In this document: positions 29,592 through 38,983 of the stretch, piece by piece
Layout of the letters: every line of letters starts with the position of its first letter
How positions within the stretch are numbered: position 1 is the stretch's first letter
Origin: an uncultured delta proteobacterium
GTDB taxonomy: Bacteria; Desulfobacterota; Desulfobacteria; Desulfobacterales; B30-G6
Reading direction: 5' to 3'
DNA length: 64,000 bases
Assembly (NCBI GenBank): GCA_963701385.1
Contig: CAVOZW010000027.1
Span: forward strand, 407,705 to 471,704
Program-made: the position numbers and the translations under genes
The notes under the pieces: generated by a model
Database searches by the model: none
What the model was told of the DNA's origin: nothing
What the model saw: the letters and a program-made list of their open reading frames with translations, nothing else

Positions 29592-30467
29592 TTGCGTTAT
29601 GACGGTCCCATATATCGACCTCCGAGTGAAGCCGATAGCCTTTTGATCCAGGCTACGGTGGGCTGCCCGCACAACAAGTGCAGCTTTTGCATGGTCTACA
29701 AAAGAGGCCCGCGATTTCGCTGCAGATCGGTCCAAGAAATATACGCAGATATCGACGAAGCCTTTGATCGATTTGGCCCAAACGTGCAGTCGATTTTTTT
29801 CCCGGCCGGCAATACAATCGCCATGCCCACACGAGACCTATCCGCCATATGCCGCTACAGCAAAATGAAATTCCCGAAACTGCAGCGCGTCACGGTATAT
29901 GGATCTTCGCAATATATCGTTCAAAAAGGGTTGATGGATATGAAGCTGCTTCAGCAGGCCGGTTTGAGTCGCATTCATGTGGGGCTTGAAAGCGGTGATG
30001 ACACGATCCTGAAAAGGGTGAAAAAAGGAACAAACGCTACGGAGCAAATTCAAGCGGGCCAGATTGTCAAACAAGCTGGAATTCAACTCAGCGAATACGT
30101 CATCCTCGGTCTGGGCGGCACCGATCGGTCGACAAAGCATGCCTTGAAAACAGCCGAGGTGGTCAATGAAATTGAGCCTGATTTCCTACGCTTGAGAACC
30201 CTGGTCCCCAAAATCAACACCCTGTTGCTGCACCAGATCAACAAAGATCGATTTCAACTGTTGTCCCCCCATCAGGTTCTCTTGGAAACACGCCTGTTGA
30301 TTGAGAACCTTTCCATTTCAACCATCCTGACCAGCGACCACTATACCAACTATCTGAATCTGTCAGGAAAATTGCCGGAGGATAAAGACAAACTGCTCGA
30401 GGCTGTCAACCAGGCCCTGACCTGGGATCCAGGCCGTTTTCGCCCCAATTTTATTGGGACCCAATAA
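29592..30467 (+). CDS. radical SAM protein
   Basis: CPHNKCSFC (CX3CX2C) cluster motif. TTG start as in the track. Product starts MRYDGPIYRPPSEADSLLIQ. Confidence 0.8.
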   Translation: MRYDGPIYRPPSEADSLLIQATVGCPHNKCSFCMVYKRGPRFRCRSVQEIYADIDEAFDRFGPNVQSIFFPAGNTIAMPTRDLSAICRYSKMKFPKLQRVTVYGSSQYIVQKGLMDMKLLQQAGLSRIHVGLESGDDTILKRVKKGTNATEQIQAGQIVKQAGIQLSEYVILGLGGTDRSTKHALKTAEVVNEIEPDFLRLRTLVPKINTLLLHQINKDRFQLLSPHQVLLETRLLIENLSISTILTSDHYTNYLNLSGKLPEDKDKLLEAVNQALTWDPGRFRPNFIGTQ

Positions 30468-30766
30468 ATCTATGATTTTAAATGATGGTGGTGAGTGGTT
30501 GCCAGTTTAGCCATCATCCTGGTTACGTAATCAGGTGGTTTTCCGTTTAACCAGCCGGGCATCCCGCCTGCTTCGATATATTTTATGATTTCCTGAAACA
30601 CCACTGCGCTGAAGGTATAGTCACCGAAGTCGATGCATATTTTAGCGAATTATAGTACCCTTGGCAAATGGAGGATTATTCCACATTATGGTACGTGCAG
30701 AACATGCATTACAAAAGAAATTTCTGCACGAACCCCTATTTTTTCAAATTCTACTTAGGAGGAGCC

Positions 30767-31228
30767 ATGGCTTTCTACATCGTCCAACACGGCATAAGCT
30801 TAACCAAGGATTTTGATCCTGAAAAAGGCCTTTCACCTCAAGGCATCGAGGAGGTGGAAAAAATCGCCCAAGTCGCTCAACAATATGGGGTGAAAGTGGC
30901 ACGGATTCAGCATAGTGGGAAAAAACGAGCCCGTCAGACAGCAGAACTTCTGGCTACATTCCTGATGCCGGTGCTTGGATTGCAGGAGGTAGTAGGTATC
31001 AACCCTCTGGATGACGTTGCGGCTTTTGCATCCCAGGTGAATTATACGGCTAATATGATGGTGGTGGGGCACCTGCCATTTTTGGAACGACTGATTTCCT
31101 TTCTCATAATCGGTCGGCAAGGCCCGACCGTATTCAAGCTCCAAAACGGTGGCATTCTATGCCTTGACCAAATTGAGAATTGGGACTCACCAGCCATCAA
31201 ATGGGCATTAATGCCTCGTGTGAAATGA
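30767..31228 (+). CDS. histidine phosphatase family protein (SixA-like) with QHG in place of RHG
   Basis: AGGAGG then ATG at 30767. MAFYIVQHG..., SGKKRARQTAELLA and VVGHLPFLERL. Confidence 0.75.
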   Translation: MAFYIVQHGISLTKDFDPEKGLSPQGIEEVEKIAQVAQQYGVKVARIQHSGKKRARQTAELLATFLMPVLGLQEVVGINPLDDVAAFASQVNYTANMMVVGHLPFLERLISFLIIGRQGPTVFKLQNGGILCLDQIENWDSPAIKWALMPRVK

Positions 31229-31506
31229 GGGGTTCTGGGAATCCGCTCTCGTCCTATATTTGCTGGGATGAGGGATCCGGTGTACAATCCAACAATGGAT
31301 TAAGCCTGCTCTTGACTCATACATGAAAATAGACTGATCTCTCCAGATAACTTAAAAGACCCTCAGGATACCACAGAAAGGGTGGTGGTCGATTTTAAAC
31401 TCGGCCATAAAAAATCACCAAATCCTTACTGTCACAACACTTGATTGAATTTGAGGAGGATTTCAAGTATTATCATACAAATTCTGAGTCCATATAGAAA
31501 AGTAAA

Positions 31507-31860
31507 ATGAAGACCATTAAAATCGACAGTTATGCCTTCGGATCCATCTTGATAAACGGGAAGACCTACACGGACGATCTTATTATCCTTCCTGGTGGTA
31601 CGATCCTGAACTCTTGGTGGCGGAAACGGGGGCACCAGCTCACCATGCATGATTTACGGGAATTGATTGATTCATCACCGGAGGTCATCGTAGTCGGGAC
31701 AGGTGTGACCGGAGGGGTGATACCGGACATAAATCTTAAACCGGATCTTGCGAAATTGACCATCGAGTTCATCGCGGTACCGAATGAAGAGGCGATCAAG
31801 ATTTTCAATAAACTGGCACCGGAAAAGAGAATTGGAGGCGGTTTTCATTTGACGTGTTAA
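31507..31860 (+). CDS. Mth938-like (DUF498) domain protein
   Basis: 117 aa. ...GKTYTDDLIILPG...W......L...DL..L....PEVIVVGTG pattern. Confidence 0.8.
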   Translation: MKTIKIDSYAFGSILINGKTYTDDLIILPGGTILNSWWRKRGHQLTMHDLRELIDSSPEVIVVGTGVTGGVIPDINLKPDLAKLTIEFIAVPNEEAIKIFNKLAPEKRIGGGFHLTC

Positions 31861-31917
31861 ACGAAATTGGAATAATCTTGATCTGCCTCTAACCGAAAGA
31901 GAAATCCTTGAGTCCTA

Positions 31918-32500
31918 TCAATCAAATTGGGCATAACGAAAGCACGTGCTCTTCCTCCCCGCGACCTTTTCATACTTCTCCCTCGGCCACCCCAGTGCAA
32001 TCACGGCGTAGGGCGTTTCATCTTCCGGGATCCCACGAAGCGGTTGATATTCAGATCCCTTTTCATGGCCTCGATCACGTATCCGATCATGCAGGAGCCC
32101 AACCCGATAGCATGGGCACCCAGTTGGATGTTCTGGGCAGCCAGCAGGGTGTCTTCGGACGGGCAGGAGGCATCGTTGAGCGACCCGACAATGATTACGG
32201 CCGTGGCTCCGTGAAACAAAAGATCCTTTCCTTGTTTTTCCCAGAGTGCAAAGCCCTCTTTGACGGTCCTATAACGAGTTTCGTAATAGTTGGCCAGGGC
32301 TGGCTTATTGATCAGCTTCAACAAAAATCTAAGCCATCTTTTTTCGGCGAGCCGGTTGATCTTTTCAAAAAACTTGCCCACCCGGTTGCCTAAGGCCAGC
32401 ACGGATTGGCGGTCCGGCAAAATAGTGAAGGACCAGAGTTGGCAGTTAGAACCCGAGGGCGCTGTGACGCCGATCCTGATCAGGTCTTCCAGGATATCGG
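31918..32500 (-). pseudogene. nitroreductase family gene, 5'-truncated and frameshifted
   Basis: The frame is open from about 32500 with no start (SIAPDILEDLIRIGVTAPSGSNCQLWSF...). The conserved tail GIPEDETPYAVIALGWPREKYEKVAGRKSTCFRYAQFD* is in another frame after the run 32033-32035. Confidence 0.7.
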
Positions 32501-32772
32501 GCGCTATGGATGATTCCAGCTAGATCTAAGCTATTCCCTTCTGACCAAATAGTTTCAAAAATGTTGGACAGCAAGATATGTTCGCGGTCGACAATAGGAT
32601 CTGCTTCCATTCCTAAAATAGCGAGAATACCAGTGGTTGTCGTTTGAATTCGCTCACGAAATAAATCAGGATCTCCAAGAATCTCGGGTGGCGGTGGTGA
32701 GAAGAATCTTAGAACGCTGACTGGAATACTGGCATAGCTACCTGTCCATGATAGCTCAAATAACCTCTCGAC

Positions 32773-33714
32773 TCACGATTGTCTCTTTTGAATGTCCCTT
32801 AGTTTCCGAATTTGCGAAATGTCGAAACCAGTTCTGGGACAAAAGACTTCAAATTCTCTTAGAAGCTTTTCACCTTTCTCCAGATTTTCGAGCATCTCAT
32901 CGTTACAATATTTAAGTGCGGCAATATTCAAAGATTCCAGCAAGGCAGTCACGGGCGTAACGCTGTCAAAAAAGGACAGCCCTCCAGACGGTACGGTAAT
33001 TTGAAACGTAGCAAGTTCTGAAGCCGGGGAAAATTCGCTGTCGGTAATCAATATAATACGGGCATTTTTTTCTGCAAAATATTGAGCTATTTTAAGTGTT
33101 TGTTTTCCATAAAATTGCCTGAATATGCATAAAAGCACGGCATTCTCGCTCACATTGGTCATCTTATCCGGAGACATGGATACCTCCGGTCCCAGTAATA
33201 TGGAATCCGGCCTAAGTCTTGTCATAAGCATATGAAATAGATACGCCAGCGGGTATGAACTTCTTTGACCGGTGATGAAAAGACGAGACTCCGGTTCCAT
33301 TAGCAATTTAGCCACACTTAAAAAGATTTCGGGATCAATTTGTGTATGTGCATATTGTAGATTATTAATAATATATGAAAAATTTTCGCCAATTATATCC
33401 TCTTGCCGGTGTTCTAGATGCTTCTTTTGGAGTAAATATCGTAAAGATTCTTGCTTATTTACGAGTTCATCACGCAGCTTTTCCCTGAAGTCTGCATACT
33501 TTTCATATCCGAGCTTTGCAATAAATCGTACAATGGTAGATTTGCTCACGCCGGTGTTCTTGCTGATGGAGGTGACATTATCAAATACCAGTTCCTGTTC
33601 ATACCTGGAGAAATATTCTGCGATTTTAAGCTCGCTGGGGGTCATTTTTTTTAGCGCGCGGATTTGCTTGATGATATTTTTTTCAGTCATGGCTAAGCAA
33701 TCTTTTTGTTGCAT
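32773..33714 (-). CDS. MurR/RpiR family transcriptional regulator (HTH_6 + SIS)
   Basis: ISKNTGVSKSTIVRFIAKLGY HTH, with a SIS-like C-terminal domain. Confidence 0.85.
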   Translation of the reverse strand: MQQKDCLAMTEKNIIKQIRALKKMTPSELKIAEYFSRYEQELVFDNVTSISKNTGVSKSTIVRFIAKLGYEKYADFREKLRDELVNKQESLRYLLQKKHLEHRQEDIIGENFSYIINNLQYAHTQIDPEIFLSVAKLLMEPESRLFITGQRSSYPLAYLFHMLMTRLRPDSILLGPEVSMSPDKMTNVSENAVLLCIFRQFYGKQTLKIAQYFAEKNARIILITDSEFSPASELATFQITVPSGGLSFFDSVTPVTALLESLNIAALKYCNDEMLENLEKGEKLLREFEVFCPRTGFDISQIRKLRDIQKRQS

Positions 33715-33725
33715 TTAATTTATAA

Positions 33726-33743
33726 TTGAAATAAATGTTTCAT
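33726..33743. promoter_or_regulatory. palindromic operator candidate TTGAAATAAATGTTTCAT
   Basis: TGAAA-6 nt-TTTCA in the divergent rpiR-like/M20 intergenic region. A near-identical copy lies at 35107-35124. Confidence 0.4.
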
Positions 33744-33826
33744 TAACTATCACATAGTGGTTAGCAGGTCAACATGATGCATAATATAATATTTTGTTTA
33801 ATAAAGAAAAATAGAGAGAATAACCA

Positions 33827-34999
33827 ATGAAATCGATTGATTCTGAATTTTCAAGATGGCTCGTCGATGTTCGTCGTGATTTCCATATGTATCCTGAAAT
33901 CGCCTTTGAAGAGACCAGAACCAGTAATAAAATAGCAGACATCCTGCGGTCTTTCAATATTGAAACCCATAGCCTGGATGATATGACCGGTGTCATCGGA
34001 TTGCTCAGGGGAGCTTCAGACGGTCCCACCATCGCTCTCCGATCGGATATCGATGCACTGCCTATTCAAGAATTGAACAATGTTTCCTATAAATCCCGAA
34101 ATGAAGGAAAAATGCACGCATGCGGCCATGAAGCATGTGTGACAATATTGTTGGGCACGGCAAAATACCTTGTGGAGTCCGGTTTGGCGGCAACCCTCAA
34201 GGGAAACGTAAAGTTTCTTTTCCAACCGGCCGAAGAACGCGGAGCCGGCGCCAAAGCGATGATTCAAAGAGGCGTTCTGGAACATCCAAAGGTGAACCGG
34301 ATCATTGCCGGCCATATGGATCCTTATTTATCGATCGGGCAAATCGGTCATTTTCGGAGCCTGGGATACGCATCCGCGGATCGTTTTATCATGAAGATCA
34401 CAGGAAAGGGCGGTCATGGAGCCCGTCCGGAGTATTGCATTGACCCGATAGTCGCCGGGGCACATTTTATTACTCAAATACAGACTATCGTCGCCAGAAA
34501 CATCAAACCGACCCAAGCGGGCGTCGTCACGATTGGCAAGTTTGCTGCGGGTGATGTGTCCAATGTCATTCCTGAAACGGCATATTTGGAAGGCATCATC
34601 CGGGCGCTATCAGCCGATGTTCGTGAACAAATATCAAAAAGATTACAAGAGATTGCTTCTGGAATTGAAAATTGCTTTCAGGTTCGATGCGAACTACGCA
34701 TCAATCAGGGAGTACCCTGTCTCACCAATGATACCCAAGTAGCCGAATTTCTCTATGCTATATCCGAAACCGTTGTGGGGTCCGAAAATGTCCATTATCT
34801 CGATCCAATTATGGCATCGGAGGATTTTTCCTATTTTACCGAAGCTTGTTCGGGAGCCATCATGCGCTTTGGGTGCGCTAATGAAGAAAAAGGGCTGGCA
34901 TATCCCCTGCACTCACCTTACTTTGATATTGACGAAAACATCCTTGAGATCGGTGTGAAAATATTCACAAACGCAATCTGTCGTTATCTAACTGACTGA
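33827..34999 (+). CDS. M20 family amidohydrolase (N-acyl-amino acid/hippurate hydrolase-like)
   Basis: HMYPEIAFEE, MHACGHE and GHGARPE motifs. Confidence 0.9.
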   Translation: MKSIDSEFSRWLVDVRRDFHMYPEIAFEETRTSNKIADILRSFNIETHSLDDMTGVIGLLRGASDGPTIALRSDIDALPIQELNNVSYKSRNEGKMHACGHEACVTILLGTAKYLVESGLAATLKGNVKFLFQPAEERGAGAKAMIQRGVLEHPKVNRIIAGHMDPYLSIGQIGHFRSLGYASADRFIMKITGKGGHGARPEYCIDPIVAGAHFITQIQTIVARNIKPTQAGVVTIGKFAAGDVSNVIPETAYLEGIIRALSADVREQISKRLQEIASGIENCFQVRCELRINQGVPCLTNDTQVAEFLYAISETVVGSENVHYLDPIMASEDFSYFTEACSGAIMRFGCANEEKGLAYPLHSPYFDIDENILEIGVKIFTNAICRYLTD

Positions 35000-35106
35000 T
35001 ATTAATATTTTATAATTTCTTACCTGTTCCACCTTCCATCGATATTCTATTTATTTCAATCGGTATCATTTTTTTGTTGACAGCATTAAATGAGTATGAT
35101 AGCGGT

Positions 35107-35124
35107 TTGAAATAATTGTTTCAT
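35107..35124. promoter_or_regulatory. palindromic operator candidate TTGAAATAATTGTTTCAT
   Basis: 17 of 18 nt identical to 33726-33743. A related palindrome GTATGATTGTTTCATAC lies at 35139-35155. Both sit upstream of the peptide ABC operon. Confidence 0.4.
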
Positions 35125-35417
35125 AAATTATGGCTTTGGTATGATTGTTTCATACTTTATTTGATTACGATTCTTCATAATTCCAAGTCCTGCTCACCGC
35201 CGATAGTAATTTAAACTATATAGACCTTTGAAAATACCCAATTTCGTTTTAGCATAAGGAAGACGAAAATTTTAACCACTTGCATACATAACGTATTTTG
35301 AGGATTAAGATTTGACCTGATGCCGAAATTGAGCCAAAGGATTTTTTCAAAGATCTCACTATCTATACCCGGTTTCCCAATAAAAAATTAACCATTAGAA
35401 ACAAGGAGGAAAGTGAA

Positions 35418-36947
35418 ATGAGACGATGCCTTTTAAGACAGGTGTTTTCAGTACTGATCCTGATTGCCATTGTTTTGATGTTTACGACACCGGCCATGGC
35501 GGGGAAAAAAGATGATACGCTCTACTTTTCGTGGGAAAAGGAACTGGAAACCCTGGATCGCTACTATAACACCGCCCGTGAGGGTATGGTCGTCAGCCGC
35601 CAGATATGCGACGACCTGTTATATCGCGATCCGGACACCAATGAGTACAAACCGCTTTTGGCCACGTCCTACAAGTGGCTGGATACGACCACCATGGAAT
35701 TTGAGCTTCGTCAGGGCGTCACCTTTCATAACGGCGAGAAATTCGATGCCGACGATGTGGTTTTCACCCTCAACTTCATGAGCAATCCGGACAATAAGGT
35801 CCTGGTGCAGCGAAACGTGGACTGGATCGATCGCTGTGAAAAAACAGGCCCTTACAAAGTGAAGCTTTACCTGAAGAAACCCTTTCCCTCGGCCCTGGAA
35901 TATCTGGCCGGCAATCTGCCCATATATCCCAAGGATTATTATACCGAAGTGGGGTCCAAGGGCTTCGGCCGCAAACCGGTGGGAACTGGTCCTTATAAAG
36001 TTGTGGAAAATGAGATCGGCCGAAAGATCGTTTTTGAAAGATTTGAAGACTATTACAAGGACAGCCCCAAAGGACGACCCGCCATCCGGCGTCTGGTGCA
36101 GCGTACGATTCCGGAAGTCACCAGCATGGCGGCTGAGTTGATCACCGGCGGTCTGGACTGGATCTATATGGTACCCATGGATCAGGCCGAAAAAATGGCC
36201 AAATATAAAAAACTCCAGGTTGTCAAGGCCGAAAGTATGCGCGTGGGCTGGCTGGTTATGGATGGCGCCGGAAGGACTGGAGAGAATCCCTTTCAGAAAT
36301 TGAAGGTGAGGCGGGCGGTGGCCCACGCCATCGACCGTGATTCCATCTCCCGGAATTTGGTTGGCGGGCAATCCCGGGTGATACATTCACACTGTTTCCC
36401 TAGTCAATTCGGTTGCACCGACGATGTCATGAAATATGAGTACGATCCCGCCAAGGCCAAGGCGCTCCTGGCCGAAGCTGGGTATCCCGATGGTTTCGAG
36501 ATCGATATGTACGGATACCGCGACCGCCCCTATGGCGAGGCCATGAGCGGTTACCTGCGCAAGGTGGGTATCAAAGCCAACTTGAAATATCTGCAATATT
36601 CGGCCCTGCGGGAAAAAATTTATGGGGACCAGGTCGCCTTTAACTTTGACACCTGGGGGTCCTACGGTGTGAACGATGTCTCCAATATCACCGGGCGTTT
36701 TTACAATTTCACCGAGGTGGATTTCGCAAGGGATCCCCAGGTGCGTGACTGGCTCGCAGAGGGGGATTCCATCATCGATCCGGAAAAGCGCAAGGCGGTT
36801 TATAAAAAAGCACTGCAGCGGATCGCCGAACAGGCTTATGTGCTGCCCCTGTTTACCTGGGTGGCCAACTATGTTTATTCCAAGGACCTGGATTTCAAGC
36901 CTTATCCGGATGCCGTGCCGCGTTTCTTCCTGGCAAAATGGAAATGA
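35418..36947 (+). CDS. ABC peptide/nickel-type substrate-binding protein (family 5)
   Basis: Signal peptide and SBP_bac_5-like sequence. AAGGAGG upstream. Confidence 0.9.
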   Translation: MRRCLLRQVFSVLILIAIVLMFTTPAMAGKKDDTLYFSWEKELETLDRYYNTAREGMVVSRQICDDLLYRDPDTNEYKPLLATSYKWLDTTTMEFELRQGVTFHNGEKFDADDVVFTLNFMSNPDNKVLVQRNVDWIDRCEKTGPYKVKLYLKKPFPSALEYLAGNLPIYPKDYYTEVGSKGFGRKPVGTGPYKVVENEIGRKIVFERFEDYYKDSPKGRPAIRRLVQRTIPEVTSMAAELITGGLDWIYMVPMDQAEKMAKYKKLQVVKAESMRVGWLVMDGAGRTGENPFQKLKVRRAVAHAIDRDSISRNLVGGQSRVIHSHCFPSQFGCTDDVMKYEYDPAKAKALLAEAGYPDGFEIDMYGYRDRPYGEAMSGYLRKVGIKANLKYLQYSALREKIYGDQVAFNFDTWGSYGVNDVSNITGRFYNFTEVDFARDPQVRDWLAEGDSIIDPEKRKAVYKKALQRIAEQAYVLPLFTWVANYVYSKDLDFKPYPDAVPRFFLAKWK

Positions 36948-36966
36948 TCCTTGAGAATGACCCCTT

Positions 36967-36989
36967 GGGGACTCGGATCCCGAGTCCCC
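36967..36989 (+). promoter_or_regulatory. perfect 10-bp GC-rich hairpin after the SBP gene
   Basis: GGGGACTCGG-atc-CCGAGTCCCC, with no T tract, 20 nt after the stop. Confidence 0.5.
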
Positions 36990-37020
36990 TTATAGCCCAT
37001 TTAAGTTTGGAGCGAAGATA

Positions 37021-37938
37021 ATGCTCATATACATCGGAAAACGAATCGTCCTGGCTTTTCTGGTCGCCGTTGCTGTCTCCTTTATCAGCTTCATGATCCT
37101 GAATTTATCGGGAGATCCTGCCATTGCCCTGGCTGGTGCCGACGCAAGCCCGGAAGAGATTCAGTTCATTCGGGAACAGTATGGTCTCGATCGTCCCATT
37201 CTGGTTCAATACGTTGAATGGGTCGGTCGCGCTTTGCGAGGCGATTTCGGCGAGTCGCCCTACTTCAATATGCCGGTAAAGGAGATCATCGGTGATCGGA
37301 TCGGGGTCACCCTGCTGCTGGGTACCTGCGCCTTTGCCTTTGCCATCTGCCTGGCGATCCCTTTGGGTGTCATTGCCGCGATCCGACCCAATACCTGGAT
37401 TGACCGCACGGCCCTGACCATTTCCGTCTTTGGTCAGGCCATGCCCAATTTCTTTTTCGGCTTGATGCTGATCATCTTTTTCGGGGTCACATTGCAATGG
37501 TTGCCGATTTCGGGTGACGACACCTGGCTGCATTTCATCCTGCCGGCCGTCACCTTGGGCTATTACGCCTCGCCATCCCTGATGCGGCTGACGCGAACCG
37601 GTATGCTGGATGTCTTGGCGTCGGACTACATTCGCACCGCCAAGGCCAAGGGATTAAAAATGCCCCGCGTCCTGTTCAAGCACGCCTTGCGCAATGCCAT
37701 TATTCCGGTGGTTTCGCTGGCCTTTGTGCAGTTCGGATTTATGCTCGGCGGCGCGTTTGTGATTGAATACGTTTTTTCTATCAACGGCATCGGTTTTCTG
37801 GCGGTTAAATCCATCCAGCGAGCGGATCTGCCCGTTGTTCAGGTCATCGTGCTGTTGTTATCCGTCATCTATGTGACCATGACATTGGTGGCTGATGTGT
37901 TTAACGCTTTTCTGGACCCGCGCATAAGGGCAAAATAA
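37021..37938 (+). CDS. ABC peptide transporter permease (DppB/OppB-like)
   Basis: 305 aa with typical BPD_transp_1 topology and sequence. Confidence 0.9.
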   Translation: MLIYIGKRIVLAFLVAVAVSFISFMILNLSGDPAIALAGADASPEEIQFIREQYGLDRPILVQYVEWVGRALRGDFGESPYFNMPVKEIIGDRIGVTLLLGTCAFAFAICLAIPLGVIAAIRPNTWIDRTALTISVFGQAMPNFFFGLMLIIFFGVTLQWLPISGDDTWLHFILPAVTLGYYASPSLMRLTRTGMLDVLASDYIRTAKAKGLKMPRVLFKHALRNAIIPVVSLAFVQFGFMLGGAFVIEYVFSINGIGFLAVKSIQRADLPVVQVIVLLLSVIYVTMTLVADVFNAFLDPRIRAK

Positions 37939-37954
37939 AAGCCTTTAAGGTGTT

Positions 37955-38001
37955 CAGGCTGTTAGCTGCTAATTGCCCACAGTCTAACAGCCTGTTTTTT
38001 T
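37955..38001 (+). terminator. intrinsic-terminator-like hairpin + T7 between the two permease genes
   Basis: CAGGCTGTTAG (37955-37965) pairs with CTAACAGCCTG (37984-37994). TTTTTTT follows at 37995-38001. Confidence 0.55.
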
Positions 38002-38092
38002 CTCGAACCCCATAAATCGAAATGGATAATTTAACTCTGTCATACGAAATGTAGAAGCGGAAAATTCATGAAAGCAGAAAGAGAAAAAATTA

Positions 38093-38983
38093 ATGGAAGT
38101 CACAAGTCCTTTTAAAGAAGTCACCTTTCCGACACCGATGCAGATGGTCTATCGGCAGGCCAAGCGCCACACAGGCTTTCTGGTCGGGGGAACTGTTTTG
38201 CTGTTGATCGTTATCGTAGCGCTTGCGGCGCCGATTCTGGCGCCCCATGATCCTTATGAACAAGACCTCGACGCCCGTCTGATCGGTCCCATTTGGCATG
38301 AGGAGGGAACCTGGAATCACATCCTGGGTACGGACAATCTGGGTCGGGACTACCTGAGTCGCCTCATGTACGGCGCCCGTATTTCGTTGCTCATCGGTGT
38401 GATGGCGATGCTGATTTCGGGGGTGATCGGAACTATCCTGGGGGTGTCCGCCGGTTATTTCGGGGGGCGGGTGGACATGGTCGTCAACGCCATTATTACC
38501 ACGCGCCTGGCCTTGCCGATTATGCTGTCGGCTTTGGCCGTGGTGGCTTTGGTGGGCGGTTCTTTGCCGATCGTGGTGCTGGTTCTGGGCTTGATGATTT
38601 GGAACCGCTTTGCCCTGGTGATGCGCGCATCAACGCAACAGCTGCGCTCCATGGATTATGTCAATGCCGCCAAGACATCCGGCTGTTCGACCCTGAGAAT
38701 CATTATTTCCGAAATCATGCCCAATATCATGAACAATCTGATCGTGGTGGCGACCCTGGAAATCACCCGGGCCATACTGATCGAAGCAGGGTTGTCGTTT
38801 CTCGGTATGGGGGTTCAGCCGCCACTGCCCTCATGGGGTTTGATGGTGGCCGAGGCCAAGGAGTTCATGCTTTTTAGCCCCTGGATGATTATGGTCCCCG
38901 GCGCGGCTATCTTTGCCCTGGTACTTTCCATTAATCTGCTCGGTGACGGGATCCGAGACATTACGGCACCGGAGGGACGATAG
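38093..38983 (+). CDS. ABC peptide transporter permease (DppC/OppC-like)
   Basis: 296 aa, family-typical sequence. The start is uncertain (weak RBS). Confidence 0.85.
   Translation: MEVTSPFKEVTFPTPMQMVYRQAKRHTGFLVGGTVLLLIVIVALAAPILAPHDPYEQDLDARLIGPIWHEEGTWNHILGTDNLGRDYLSRLMYGARISLLIGVMAMLISGVIGTILGVSAGYFGGRVDMVVNAIITTRLALPIMLSALAVVALVGGSLPIVVLVLGLMIWNRFALVMRASTQQLRSMDYVNAAKTSGCSTLRIIISEIMPNIMNNLIVVATLEITRAILIEAGLSFLGMGVQPPLPSWGLMVAEAKEFMLFSPWMIMVPGAAIFALVLSINLLGDGIRDITAPEGR

Noticed and set aside
35619-36386. Long ORFs antisense to, or out of frame within, strong genes. Examples: 35619..36386, 37105..37533, 39662..40258, 55432..56223, 59989..60345, 61925..62596, 63389..63994, 7525..7893, 8168..8521.
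   Set aside because: They lie inside GC-rich genes with clear family assignments. They have Arg/Gly/Pro-rich low-complexity translations and no RBS. They are typical shadow ORFs.
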